Positions 48,314 through 59,326 of a stretch of 64,000 bases of DNA are shown here, piece after piece. This stretch comes from Hyaloraphidium curvatum SAG 235-1. Its lineage: Eukaryota > Fungi > Monoblepharomycota. The stretch lies in NCBI GenBank assembly GCA_025558095.1, contig JAIVFI010000011.1, forward strand, positions 372,001-436,000, read 5' to 3'. The position numbers were made by a program, and so were the translations under genes. The stretch's first letter is position 1. The number at the start of each line of letters is the position of its first letter. Below the pieces are notes generated by a model. That model was not told where the DNA came from, ran no database searches, and saw nothing but the letters and a program-made list of their open reading frames with translations.

Positions 48314-50676
48314 ATGTCGCAAGGCCGCATCGAGAGCCTCCAGCGGCAGTTCAGTCACTCCGCGGTCGCTTCCAAGCCCGCATCGCGGCACACTATTGCA
48401 GCGAATGCCTCCTTCGCGGCGCGTCTGAACCTTGAGGATCCTCGGGACTTTGCGGATGCCACGCGCGGCCTCATCGAGGCGGAGAGGCCCCTGAACATCA
48501 AGCACCATTCGGCTCCGAACGTCATGGCCTGGAGCATGGAAAAGTATAGCTTCATCGACGAGCAGGGTGCGAAAGCTCCGGATACCGTCAATCCCAGCCT
48601 GTGGAGGCAAGCCCGCCTCAACGAGATCCACGGCTTCTTCGAGGTGGTCCCCGGGAAGGACCGCGGGGCAGGCGGCATATACCAGGTCCGCGGCTACGAC
48701 ATCTCGAACATGACATTGATCGAGGGCGAGACCGGCGTCATCGTGATCGACCCCGCGATCTCGGTGGAATGCGCCGGGGCGATGCTCGACGTCTACCGCA
48801 AGCACCGCGGCGCGCGGCCGGTCTCGGCCGTCATCTTTACCCACTCTCACGTAGACCATTTTGGCGGCGTGGAGGCGGTCCTGCCGAGGCCGGACGCGGA
48901 CGGCAAGTACCCGATTCCGATCATCGCCCCCGTGGGGTTCATGGAGCATGCGGTGGGATCGTTCGCCGTTTTGCACCTCAAAGGCTCTGAATAGCCGTCG
49001 TCAGGTCGCCGAGAACGTTCTGGCTGGAGCGGCAATGACGAGGCGGGCCATGTACATGTACGGGGAGATGCTGACCCCTGGGGAGCGCAGCCAGGTGGAT
49101 TGCGGGCTCGGCAAGGCGACGTCGAAAGGCAGAGTCAGTTTGGTCGAGCCCAACGTTGTGATCGAGGGTCACAACGGACACGGGGAGGAGACCATGGTCG
49201 TCGACGGCGTTGAGATCGTGTTTTACCTGGTGGGTTGATTGGGCCACGTGCGATTCTTGTCGTGCTGAGCGTCGAGCTTGACAGTGCCCCGAGTCCGAGG
49301 CGCCCGCCGAGTTCATCATGTTCTACCCCGCGACGAGAGTCCTCAACATGAGCGAGGTCGCCTGCCACACGCTTCACAACCTGTGAGTTGCAGCTCGAGC
49401 GAGGGCTCTCGGAGGCGCTGACTTCGCTGGACAGGTACACCCTCCGAGGCGCGCAGATCCGCGATGGCCAGCTCTGGTCATCCTACATCACTCACGCGCT
49501 CGTCAAGTACGCCGAGAACTCGGACATTTGCATCGCCCAGCATCATTGGCCCACCTTCGGCCGGGATCGCATAAAGTCCTATCTTGAATCACAGCGCGAC
49601 ATCTACAAGATGATACACGACCAGACCCTGCGCCTGGCCAACTCGGGGTTCACTCCAATCGAGATTAGCGAGGCGCTGCGGCTTCCCAAGGGGCTTGAGA
49701 ATGAGTGGTCCGTCCGCGACTACTACGGGACGCTTTCGCACAACGCCAAGGTGGGCACGGAATGTGCTGCCCACGACCTGTTGCTGATTTCCATTGCAGG
49801 CCACGTATCAGAAGTACTTGGGGTGGTACGATGGAAACCCTGCCAATCTGAATCCGCTCTCGCCGGTGGCGAGCGCCAAGAAGACGGTCGAGTACATGGG
49901 CGGCGCCGCCGCGATCCTGGAGAAAGCCAGGCGCGATTTTGAAAACGGCGAGTACCGCTGGGTCGCCAGTGTGGGTGGTTTGTTCTGGCGCAGTCTTGAT
50001 TTGTCGCCAACGCCCCGACCGCCAGATAACCAACCAGGTCGTCTTTGCCGACCCCAGCGACACCGAGGCGCGGCACCTCTGCGCCGACGCCATGGAGCAG
50101 CTCGCATATATTGCCGAGAGCGGCCCCTGGCGCAACGTTTACCTGCAGGGCGCCTTCGAGCTGCGGAACTCGGTCGTCCGCCCGCCCGGGACGGCCCCGC
50201 GACCGGGGAGGACGGCGCCTCCGCACGTGCTGAGCGCGATGGGGCTCGGGCTCGTCCTGGACTTTGCGGGGGTGCGGCTCAACTACGAGCGGGCCGAGAA
50301 CGCACACCTGGTGTTTGATTTCCAGTGCACCGGCGAGGGCGAGAAGCGATTCGTGGGCTTTTGCTGCAGCGAGCGCGCCGTACATGCCTGACCACCGTAC
50401 CTACAGATCGTAAACGTACAGAACGGCGTCCTGACCTACACCGACGAGATCCCGCACGGCAGCGACAACCTGTTCCCGTACAAGAGGCCCGACTTCACGA
50501 TCGCGGCACGGCAGCGGACCATCCGCGACCTTCTGCAGGGCGGCCGCGGCCCGCAGGCATTGGCGGAGCTGGTGGCCAGGGGGGAGGCCAAGGTGTCGGG
50601 CGATCCGGCCCGGCTGGCCGAGTTTGCTTCGTACCTCGATACGTTTGAAATGCTGTTCCCGATCGTCGAGCCGTGA
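48314..50676 (+). CDS. Alkyl/aryl sulfatase, SdsA1/Bds1 metallo-beta-lactamase family; ~6 introns
   Basis: PDTVNPSLWRQARLN, IYQVRGYDISNMT, FTHSHVDHFGG, ENVLAG, HNL|YTLRGA, QHHWP, YYGTLSHN, YLGWYDGNPANL; SCP2-like C-domain ending FPIVEP. Confidence 0.95.
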
Positions 50677-50862
50677 CCGGCTTTTGGGGCGGGGAGGCGA
50701 GCTACGACACGGAGGACTAGTGTACGTGGATCTCTTGCTGTTTAGAGGCCCTGAACTGGCTGTTTCACTTGTCGGAGGGAAGGGGCCGCAGGAGTGCGAC
50801 CCTGGCCGATCACTCACAGGGTCCCGCTCTCCGCCGGGCGGAACACTGTCTCCCGAGGCCCG

Positions 50863-50954
50863 CCCTTCAACGCATCGCGCCGGCAGATCTCGCTCTTGGA
50901 GCTTCCTGTCTCCGGTGGTCCCCTTCAACGCATCGCGCCGGCTTCAACGCATCG
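50863..50954 (+). repeat. Three copies of CTTCAACGCATCG just upstream of the WW-protein start codon
   Basis: CCCTTCAACGCATCGCGCCGGC at ~50863 and ~50921, then CTTCAACGCATCG at ~50942. Confidence 0.75.
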
Positions 50955-50962
50955 TCGCCACT

Positions 50963-51554
50963 ATGTCCTACGCCCCTCCCCCCGGTGGAGCTCCCGGCCA
51001 GGAGCAAGCGCGAGCTGCCCCCGCGGGCGCTCAAGTTTATGCTGCGCCCCAGGCCGGTTACGCCGCTCCTCCTGCCGGCTACGCTGCGCCGCCCGCCGGG
51101 CCGCCGCCGGCGCAGGAAGTCTACGTCGACCCGACGGCGCTTCCCGCGGGATGGACGACAAAGAAGGACGAGACCACGAACCGTGGGTGTCCTCCGGCTT
51201 GCGTCCCCTTCCTCGACCAACGCCGATGAGAACAGGCTGGTACTTCATAAATCCCACCGGCGGGGTTACGTGGGACGACCCCCGGACCGTCGAGGTCGAG
51301 CAGGCGCCTCTTGATCCCAAGCTCCGCGAGGCCAACAAGGAGAGGATCAGGCAGGAGATGGCGGCCAAGATGGCTGCCCAGCAGGCGTCGCAGCAGCAGT
51401 ACGCGCAGCCGCCCCAGGGCTACCAGCAGCCTCCCCAGGGCTACGCGCAGGTTGGTCGGTGCTGCAGGGCCAGTGGACGAAGCTGATTAGAAAGCAGCCG
51501 CCGCAGGGATACGCCGCGCCTCCCCAGGGCGGGTGGGCGCCTCCTCCGTCGTGA
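50963..51554 (+). CDS. Small Pro/Gln/Tyr-rich WW-domain protein; 2 introns
   Basis: LPAGWTTKKDETTNR|WYFINPTGGVTWDDPR (WW); GYAAPP and GYQQPPQ repeats. Confidence 0.8.
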
Positions 51555-51599
51555 TCGATAGCGGGCCGTGTTCGAGGTCGAATCTACTGCGTCTCCCCA

Positions 51600-52508
51600 T
51601 CACTTCTTCACCTCCTTCCACGTCACGTCGATCACCCCCGGCGGCGGTGGCTTCCTCGCCCCCGCGGCCGCGCCGTCGGGGGGCACCGCGAACGCCCCCC
51701 TCCCGTCGTCGATCGTGAGCGATTCCAGCACCACGCTCCCGCCCTCGACCCGCGCCTCGGCGCGCACGGCCACTTTCCCAGTGCGCGATCCGACGTCGAA
51801 GGTGGCGCCGACCCTCGTCACGCCGCCGGATCGCGGCGTGCCGTTCAGGAAGACGAAGGACGAAACCGAGGAGGAAGCGACGTCCCTGGGCTCCGAGACC
51901 ACCGCCCACTTGTCCCGTTTGCCCAGGTGTGCCAGCCGCGCGGCGAGGTCCGCGTCCGCCGCGGCCCGGGAAGCCAGCTCCGCCGCGCCCAGCTTCGCCA
52001 GGTCGGCCGCCAGCTTGGGTAGGTCGAGCTTGCCCGCCCCGGGGAACGTCGGCATCGCCCCCGTCTCCCTGAGCATCCTCTCCATCCTCCTTGCCCCTTC
52101 CAGCCCAAACTCCCGCTCGAACGCCTCCATCTGCGCTCTGTACCGCGCCGGGTTGCCCATCAGCGTCCGCATCGTGGGCGGGTTCAGGACCAGCGCGTGG
52201 CGGAGCAGCCGGTACGCGTACCAGCCACCTGCCAGCGCGAGCGGGGTCCATATGTGGGGTTTGAGGAGCAGGAAGGCGGAGAAGCCGCCGGAGACGGCGG
52301 CAAAGAGGCGCAGGGGGCGGGGGAGGCGCAGGATGGCGGTGGTGAGGGGGTCGGGGGGCGGGCCGGGCTGGGAAGCGAAGGAGCGGGGGAGGAGGTTGGG
52401 GAGGGGGTGAGTTGCACGTGCGAGCGGCGATGGCGGGGGTCGGAGGGCGGCGAGGCACGGCGGGGGGCGGAGGAGGAGGGGGCGGCTGGCAAGCCGCGAT
52501 GCGAGCAT
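51600..52508 (-). CDS. Hypothetical protein, probably mitochondrial membrane; intronless
   Basis: Arg/Leu/Pro-rich presequence-like start MLASRLASRPLLLR; hydrophobic segment; plausible codon usage; no family recognised. Confidence 0.6.
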   Translation of the reverse strand: MLASRLASRPLLLRPPPCLAALRPPPSPLARATHPLPNLLPRSFASQPGPPPDPLTTAILRLPRPLRLFAAVSGGFSAFLLLKPHIWTPLALAGGWYAYRLLRHALVLNPPTMRTLMGNPARYRAQMEAFEREFGLEGARRMERMLRETGAMPTFPGAGKLDLPKLAADLAKLGAAELASRAAADADLAARLAHLGKRDKWAVVSEPRDVASSSVSSFVFLNGTPRSGGVTRVGATFDVGSRTGKVAVRAEARVEGGSVVLESLTIDDGRGAFAVPPDGAAAGARKPPPPGVIDVTWKEVKK

Positions 52509-52649
52509 CGTGTGCTCCGGCACGCGGTGCCAAAAAGGTGTTTCAGCTCCTCAACGCGTCTTCTTGTTAGCGACGCGAGTTGGGGCGGCGCGGCACGGCG
52601 GCGGCGGCGAGACTCGACGAACCATCATTTCGACGGGGCCGGCGCCCCA

Positions 52650-53572
52650 ATGAAATACCTGGGCCAGGACGAAATGGAGTCCGAAGGCTCCGCCCCGCCC
52701 GCCGACGCCGCGCCCGAGCCCGCCGCCGCCGCGCCGCCGCGCCCCGCCGGCAGCCGCGGCAAGGGCGGCCGGCCGAAGGGGGAGCGGCTGAGCCAGACGA
52801 AGCGCAACATGGCGAAGCACCGGCTGTGCGCCTTCTGCGGCGTGACGCAGTCGCCGGCGTGTAACTACCGCCCGTTGACGCGTTAAGGCCGGGGACTGAC
52901 GGGGGCCGCCGGTTCAGGGAGGAGCGGGCCGGACGGCTCGGGCACGCTCTGCAACGCGTGCGGCACAAAGTACCGCGCAGGCAGGCTGATCGTCGTCGAC
53001 GGCAAGCTGCAGTACCCGCCCGACAAGCCGCCGCGCGTGCAGCGCAGGTCAGAGGTGCTCGAGGAGGGCGAGTGCGGCAAGTGCTTCGCGGTCGGCGTGC
53101 GCGTCAGTGGGTGTCGGAAAGGGGCGGCGGGCTACGTGGGACGCGCCTTGGAGGCGGCGAACGGCTGCCGCGCGCCGCAGACGCGCGATCTCCCCGGGCG
53201 GTGGGGGGGCGCTCGATCGGTGCTGACCCGCTCCCTCCCCCGGCAGCCCGCAAGAAGCCCGAGGACCCCTGGCGCTGCGTCGCGTGCACGCCCGTCCGCA
53301 AGCCGCGCGCGCCCAAGCCCAAGCCCGGCGCGGGCCTGCTCCCCGGCGAGACGACCGAGGTCGAGGCCGAGGGCCGCGTGGCCGCCCAGGCGCCCGACGG
53401 CGGCTACCCTGCCGGGCAGGAGGAGGTGGACTGGTCGCTGATGGGGCACGTGGAGATGGGGCACGCGGAGGAGGCGTACGTCGGGGGCCAGTACGTCGAG
53501 GGCGGCTACGTCGAGGCCGGCCATTTCGAGGGCGAGGAGGGGCACTACGAGGAGGAGGCGTACGAGGAGTAG
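52650..53572 (+). CDS. GATA zinc-finger protein with a second CxxC..CxxC cluster and acidic tail; 2 introns
   Basis: Spliced CAFCGVTQSPA|WRSGPDGSGTLCNACG; then ECGKC...WRCVAC. Confidence 0.8.
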
Positions 53573-53778
53573 CGCGGGCTGTTGGGCGATACCCGGGCGC
53601 TTCGAGGCGGCCCATGTATTCTGTTGGTAGTCTCGTTGTCATTTCAGCCGGCTGTGCGTGACGGAGGCGTCCGGGGAGTGATGGGTGCGAGACGGCGCAG
53701 CGGGGGGGACTCCCACTCACCCGACTTTTGCCATGGAGGTGCGCGGGGCGCGTGGCCGCTGACCGGGCTCCGCTAGCG

Positions 53779-56700
53779 ATGGCGACGCGGAAGGTGCCGC
53801 CGCAGCCGGGCGGCGCTTTGGGCGAGCCGGCGGCGACCCCCGCGCCGCCCCCGCCCGGCGTGCCCGCGCCGCCGGCGGACCCGTCGGTGCACCGCTCGTT
53901 CGGGCCGGTCGAGCGGCGCATCCTGGGCGCGCTGCATGCGCGCGACCTGCCCGCGCTGGAGCGCCTGCTGCTGTACCCCGACCTCAACGTCCACCAGCGC
54001 AACCTCGGCCGCGCGGCGCTGCTGCTCGCCGTGCGCGCCGGCTGGGCGCACGTGGTGCGGCAGCTGATGCGGCTCGGCGTCGACCCGAACAGGCCGCTGC
54101 GCCCGCAGGACTGCAGGAACACCGGGCTGACCGATTTATTGGAGGACGCGGAGCGCGGCATCCTCCCCCTGCTGGCCGCCGCACAAACAGGGCGGGCCGA
54201 TATAATCGCCGCGCTGGTCGACGAGGGCGGCGCGGACGTCAACGCGCGCACCGCGGACGGCTGGACGGCGCTCGAGGCCGCCGCCTACGCAAAGCACGAC
54301 GCCGCCGTGCGCGCACTGGTCGACCGCGGCGCAACCTCCGTGGGCGCAGGGCCCGCAACGGGCACGGACGGCGGCGGCATCGGCTGGGGCGACGCCGACG
54401 AGGCCGACGGGGACTACGAGGAGGACGGCATGGCCCCGGTGCCGTCGGTGCCCTCGTCCGCAATCCCCACACCCGCGGGCTCCATCTCGGCCATCTTTGA
54501 CAGTGGGCACCGGTCGTCGCCGTCGTGCTGCTCCCACGAATCTAAACCCCCCACCCCCTTCTTCGCAGCCCCGCCGCCGGCGACCCCGGACCCCACCGTC
54601 CCCCCGCGAGCCGCCTCGCACCTCGCCGCCGACGCCAACATCGACGTCCCCCGCGTCGACTCGCTCAACCCCGCCATCTCCCCCCGCTCCGCCTCGCTCC
54701 CGTCCGACCCAACACCGCCGTCGTCCGCCACCCTGCCCTTTGCTGCCGGCTCCCTCGCGCCCTCGCTTGCGGAATCAAGCATCCCGCTCAAGCCCGGCGC
54801 GCCGGGGATCGTGGTGGTGCCGCCGACGCTCGAGAGGGAGTTCCCGGACGAGGAGGGGCGGTACCCGCCGGGCAGCGCGCACGGGGCGCTGGTGGAGGCC
54901 CGGAGGGCGCTGCAGGAGGAGGAGGAGAGGGCGAGGGGGGAAAGCTCGGCGGCGGCAACGGGGAACGCGGAGGCGTCAAGGGCGGAGCTGGCGGCCGCGA
55001 GGGCCGCGGCGCGGATGGCCAGCAGCGAGAGCCTGCCCGCCGCGGCGCCGAGCCCCGTCGAGGTGGCGCCCCCGCAGCAGGACGACGCCGTTGCACGGGC
55101 CGAGCTGGCCGCCGCGAGGGCCGCGGCGAGGATGGCGGGGAGCGAGGATTATTTGCCCGCGTCGCCCAGCCCGGCGGAGGTGCCGGCTCCGGCGCAGGAC
55201 GCCGAGGTGTCGCGGGCCGAGCTGGCCGCTGCCAGGGCGGCCGCCAGGATGGCCGGCAGCGAGAGCGTTCCGCCGGCGGTGCCGACCCCGGTGGAAGTGC
55301 CTGCGCCGGTGCAGGACGAGGCGGTTTCGCGGGCGGAATTGGCCGCTGCGAGGGCTGCTGCGAGGATGGCGAGCAGCGAGGGCGTGCCTCCCGCGGCGCC
55401 GATCCCCATGGAAGTGCCCGCACCAACACAGGACGAAGCGGTTTCGCGCGCCGAGCTGGCTGCCGCGAGGGCTGCTGCGAGGATGGCCAGCAGCGAGAGC
55501 TTGCCGCCGCCGCAACCAGTCGAGGTGCCCGCCCCTGCACAGGACGTTGAGGCGGTTGCCCGGGCGGAACTGGCCGCTGCGAGGGCGGCGGCGAGGATGG
55601 CCAGCAGCGAAAGTTTGCCGCCCCCGGAACCCAGCCCGGCCGAGGTGCCCGCTCCGGTGCAGGATGACGCGCAGAACGAGGCGGTTTCGCGGGCGGAACT
55701 TGCGGCAGCCCGGGCGGCAGCGAGGATGGCCAGCAGCGAGAGCCTACCGCCTCCGCAACCCAGCCCCGCAGATGTGCCGGCGCCCGTTCCAGACGAGGCG
55801 GTTTCGCGGGCCGAGCTGGCTGCCGTGAGGGCTGCTGCGAGGATGGCCAGTAGCGAGAGCTTGCCGCCCCCGGAGCCCAGCCGCGCAGAGGTACTTGCGC
55901 CGGCACAGGACGATGTGATTTCTCGCGCCGAGTTGGCAGCAGCCCGGGCCGCGGCCAGGATGGCTGGCACCGGCGCACCGACGCCCTCGACCGAGGCACC
56001 CACCCCTGTTCCCGCAGCTGTCAGCACGGCGCCGCAGGACGACACGATTTCGCGGGCGGAGCTGGCCGCGGCGAGAGCAGCGGCGCGGATGGCGGGGGCG
56101 GGAGCGGCGGCCCCGACGCCTCCGTCGACGGATCCGATCTCCGCGGAGCTCCGTGCGCAGCAGGTGCAGGACGCCGAGGTGTCGCGGGCGGAGCTGGCTG
56201 CCGCGAGGGCTGCGGCGCGGATGGCGAGCAGCGAGAGCATGCCGCCGCCGGTAGTGGAGGTGCCTCAACCGCGTCAAGCAGTACCGCAACCGGACGAGCA
56301 GGTATCGAGGGCGGAGCTGGCGGCCGCGCGCGCTGCGGCGAGGTTGGCGGGTGCAGGGGGAACGCCGCCGTCGCCCAGCGCCGCGGAAGTGCCCCCACCG
56401 GCACCGGCGCCCGTGGACGCCGAGGTTTCGCGGGCCGAGCTGGCGGCAGCTCGTGCGGCAGCGAGGTTGGCGGGCAGCGGGGGCGCCGTCCCGCCTTCCA
56501 TCCCCGCCGATCCTTCCCAGATCACGGCCGCTGACCTGGCGGCGGCCCGCGCGGCAGCCAGGATGGAAGCCTCCCTCCCACTGCCGCCCCTCCCCCAGGA
56601 GAGCCCCGCCCCAGGCCCGGACCCCGCCGTCGAGACCATCCTCTCGGCCGCCTCGACCGGCGCGACTCCCGGGAAATCCGACACGCTGCGCCGCAACGAG

Positions 56701-59085
56701 ACCATGGCGGCCGCTGGGATCGACCCTGCGCAGGAGCGCGAGGCGGCGCGGCTGCTGGCGGCCATGGAGCGGCTCCGGGGTAAGGGCATGGAGGACGGCA
56801 GGCCCGAATCGGGGATGGGGGTGCGGCTGAGCGCGTTGGCGTTGGACCCGAGGGCAACAGCACCGGGGAGGCTGGGGTCGGGGAACTTGGACAGCCCGCC
56901 GACGCCGGTGCCGCCGGCGCTGCAGGCGGCGGCAGGGCAGGCGCTGCCGGCGATGCCGATTGCGCAAGCCGCCGCGGACCTGGTCCCGCTGCCGGACGAC
57001 GGGGCCCGGATCGCGCTGCCGAAAAAGGTGGTCAAGAAGCCCGGCGGGGCCGCGCCGACGCCCCCGGCGCCCGAGCCGTCGCAGGCCTTTGCCGCCGGCC
57101 CAGCAGCGCTGCCGCCGCTGGCTCAGGTGCAGAACACGGCGCCGCCGCAGCAGCCGTTCTCCCCCGTTACGCCCGCGCAGTCGCTGCCGACGCCGACGCT
57201 CTTCAGCCAGCCGCCGCCGGTCGTGCCGCCCTTTGGCGGGCCGCTGCTGCGTCCCGGGGTCAAGCCGCCGCCGGCCGTTGTGGTCCCGCTCGCGGGGGAC
57301 GAGGACGAGGACGGGCAGGACGACGGATCGTCGCGGTCGGAGTCGGGGTCGGGGTCGGGATCGGGATCGGTGAGCAACAGCGACACCGGCATGTCCGAGT
57401 CGACGACCGAGGACCTGGGCGTGTCCTCGGCCGCGTCACCGTCGACGGATTCGGGGCTGATGGAGAGCGAGTACGAGGACGGGGACGCCGAGCACGGGAA
57501 CGGGGACGGGGCGGACGAGGGGAGCGAGGACGAGGCGGAGCCGGAGCAGCCCGTGTGGATCCGGTCGGGGCGGGCGCAGGACCGGTCCGAGCTCTCCAAG
57601 GCCGTGCGATCGGGCTCGATACAGGAGGTCAAGGCGCTGATCGCCGCGGGCGGGACGGACTGGGCGGCCGCGCTCAACTCGCGGGACAACGAGGACGGGC
57701 TGTCGCCGCTGCTGCACGCGGGCATGGCGGGGGATTCGGCCATGATCAGGGTGCTGCTGGAGCTGTGCCTGGCCCTGCCGCGGCACCCCGTGTTTTCCAC
57801 GCTGGTGACGGTGGTCGCGGACGCGCTGGCCCAGCTGGCCGACAGGCGGCCGCCCGACGTGGCCGGTGAGGAGGTCAGGCTGCGGAGGCTCAAGGCGGAG
57901 CTGGCGGCCGAGATCGGGCGCACTCGCGAGGGCAAGAACGACACCCCGCAGGAGAAGAAGCGGATTCGGCAGCGCATGATCGACCACCGGAGCGCCTACA
58001 TTCGCGAGGTAGAGGGCTTCACGGACTCGCTCGCGGATTTCGTGGCGCTGCGACACCGGTTCGCCAACGAGATGGCCGCGGGCCTGGGCGTCATCGACAC
58101 GGAGCTGGCCTCGCTCGACTTTGGCGCGCGCAATACCCCCATCGACGAGGGCCTGGGCCGCGCGGTGCGCGAGTTTCAGGAGCGCGCCGAGGAGATCGAG
58201 CGGCAGTTTGCCGCGGTGCGTGACGAGACGCTCGCGCTTCTCGGGCCGACCCTCAAGGACGCGGACAGGGATGCTGTGCGGGAGCTCGTCGAGCGGACGC
58301 GGGAGACGCTCATGGGCCTGGCGTGGGAAAAGGTGCGCGGGTTCCAGGAGCGCCAGTCGAGACAGGGCACCGAGGTGGTGGCGGGCGCCGAGCGGCTGCG
58401 GAGGACGGTGGAGCTGGTGTGCGATTGGAGCACGGAGGACCTGGACCGATGGGAGTCGGTGCTCGTGGACTGGGAAACGGTGCTCAAGGAGGCCGCGGAC
58501 GAGCAGCAGGAGTACTTGGAGCGCTTGGTCGTTGAACTGGAGGACCGCGTGCAAACTCTACGGGGCCAGCTGAAGGAGGACAAGGGGCGCATGGAGGCGG
58601 CGAGGAACGCGGGCAACGCCGCGCTGGTTGAGCAGCTGCGCCGCCAACTCTCCGAGATGCACGCCGACTGGCAGCAAGCCGCCACGACCCTGGACGAGTA
58701 CAGGAAGCTCATGGGCGACGTGGAAAAGGTGCGCAGCGAGATCGGGGCAAACGACAGCGCCAGCCAGGTCGCCGCGCGGCGGGATGAGGACCTGGCGCGG
58801 GAGTACGGGGGCGCGTTGAGGGACCCCATGGAGGACGACGACATGGTTCATGTCAAGGACGATTTCGCGGACCGCGTGGCGACGCACCTCAAGATGATCG
58901 GGATGAAGGGGTCGAGCTCGCTGCCGTCGGCCAAGGGGATGCAGGGCGGGCTGCCGAACGGTTTTCCGGGGACATACCAGCCTCTGGCTCCGCCGGGGCG
59001 TATGAATGGATCGGGACAGGAGGACGACGGGGACTACAGGAGGCAGGCGAGGGTGATTGATCAGAACCTCTTCGCCGATTTTTGA
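53779..59085 (+). CDS. Large intronless ankyrin-repeat protein with a 14-copy internal repeat and C-terminal coiled coil
   Basis: Single long ORF. Ankyrin repeats at the N-terminus (GADVNARTADGWTALEAAAY) and near 57590-57770 (DGLSPLLHAG); heptad-rich C-terminus. Confidence 0.85.
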   Translation: MATRKVPPQPGGALGEPAATPAPPPPGVPAPPADPSVHRSFGPVERRILGALHARDLPALERLLLYPDLNVHQRNLGRAALLLAVRAGWAHVVRQLMRLGVDPNRPLRPQDCRNTGLTDLLEDAERGILPLLAAAQTGRADIIAALVDEGGADVNARTADGWTALEAAAYAKHDAAVRALVDRGATSVGAGPATGTDGGGIGWGDADEADGDYEEDGMAPVPSVPSSAIPTPAGSISAIFDSGHRSSPSCCSHESKPPTPFFAAPPPATPDPTVPPRAASHLAADANIDVPRVDSLNPAISPRSASLPSDPTPPSSATLPFAAGSLAPSLAESSIPLKPGAPGIVVVPPTLEREFPDEEGRYPPGSAHGALVEARRALQEEEERARGESSAAATGNAEASRAELAAARAAARMASSESLPAAAPSPVEVAPPQQDDAVARAELAAARAAARMAGSEDYLPASPSPAEVPAPAQDAEVSRAELAAARAAARMAGSESVPPAVPTPVEVPAPVQDEAVSRAELAAARAAARMASSEGVPPAAPIPMEVPAPTQDEAVSRAELAAARAAARMASSESLPPPQPVEVPAPAQDVEAVARAELAAARAAARMASSESLPPPEPSPAEVPAPVQDDAQNEAVSRAELAAARAAARMASSESLPPPQPSPADVPAPVPDEAVSRAELAAVRAAARMASSESLPPPEPSRAEVLAPAQDDVISRAELAAARAAARMAGTGAPTPSTEAPTPVPAAVSTAPQDDTISRAELAAARAAARMAGAGAAAPTPPSTDPISAELRAQQVQDAEVSRAELAAARAAARMASSESMPPPVVEVPQPRQAVPQPDEQVSRAELAAARAAARLAGAGGTPPSPSAAEVPPPAPAPVDAEVSRAELAAARAAARLAGSGGAVPPSIPADPSQITAADLAAARAAARMEASLPLPPLPQESPAPGPDPAVETILSAASTGATPGKSDTLRRNETMAAAGIDPAQEREAARLLAAMERLRGKGMEDGRPESGMGVRLSALALDPRATAPGRLGSGNLDSPPTPVPPALQAAAGQALPAMPIAQAAADLVPLPDDGARIALPKKVVKKPGGAAPTPPAPEPSQAFAAGPAALPPLAQVQNTAPPQQPFSPVTPAQSLPTPTLFSQPPPVVPPFGGPLLRPGVKPPPAVVVPLAGDEDEDGQDDGSSRSESGSGSGSGSVSNSDTGMSESTTEDLGVSSAASPSTDSGLMESEYEDGDAEHGNGDGADEGSEDEAEPEQPVWIRSGRAQDRSELSKAVRSGSIQEVKALIAAGGTDWAAALNSRDNEDGLSPLLHAGMAGDSAMIRVLLELCLALPRHPVFSTLVTVVADALAQLADRRPPDVAGEEVRLRRLKAELAAEIGRTREGKNDTPQEKKRIRQRMIDHRSAYIREVEGFTDSLADFVALRHRFANEMAAGLGVIDTELASLDFGARNTPIDEGLGRAVREFQERAEEIERQFAAVRDETLALLGPTLKDADRDAVRELVERTRETLMGLAWEKVRGFQERQSRQGTEVVAGAERLRRTVELVCDWSTEDLDRWESVLVDWETVLKEAADEQQEYLERLVVELEDRVQTLRGQLKEDKGRMEAARNAGNAALVEQLRRQLSEMHADWQQAATTLDEYRKLMGDVEKVRSEIGANDSASQVAARRDEDLAREYGGALRDPMEDDDMVHVKDDFADRVATHLKMIGMKGSSSLPSAKGMQGGLPNGFPGTYQPLAPPGRMNGSGQEDDGDYRRQARVIDQNLFADF
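54976..56568 (+). repeat. Coding tandem array, 14 units of ~110-135 bp encoding (S/A)RAELAAARAAARMA plus a Pro-rich linker
   Basis: Counted directly in the translation; synonymous divergence among copies. Confidence 0.95.
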
Positions 59086-59326
59086 GCTCGGCCGGCCGGC
59101 CACAACATCTATGTCACTCTCTAAAGCCACAGATGATGTAAATTTCGTTGAATTAAGGGCTAGAACTGTATCTTCGGAGCGCGAGAGTGAGGAAGGGACA
59201 ACATTAATCAGCCGTCTCCCGGTCAATTTGCCCGCGACAACATCGATTGGCCGTGTCCGCGTCGAAGGAGTAAAAGCTGCCACGGAACGAGATTGAGTTG
59301 CTCCATAGAACACTGTGCCATTCGCC

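Noticed and set aside
54976-56568. Regularly spaced repeats with variable spacers resembling a CRISPR array
   Set aside because: In-frame coding repeats with synonymous variation in a eukaryotic gene; no cas genes.
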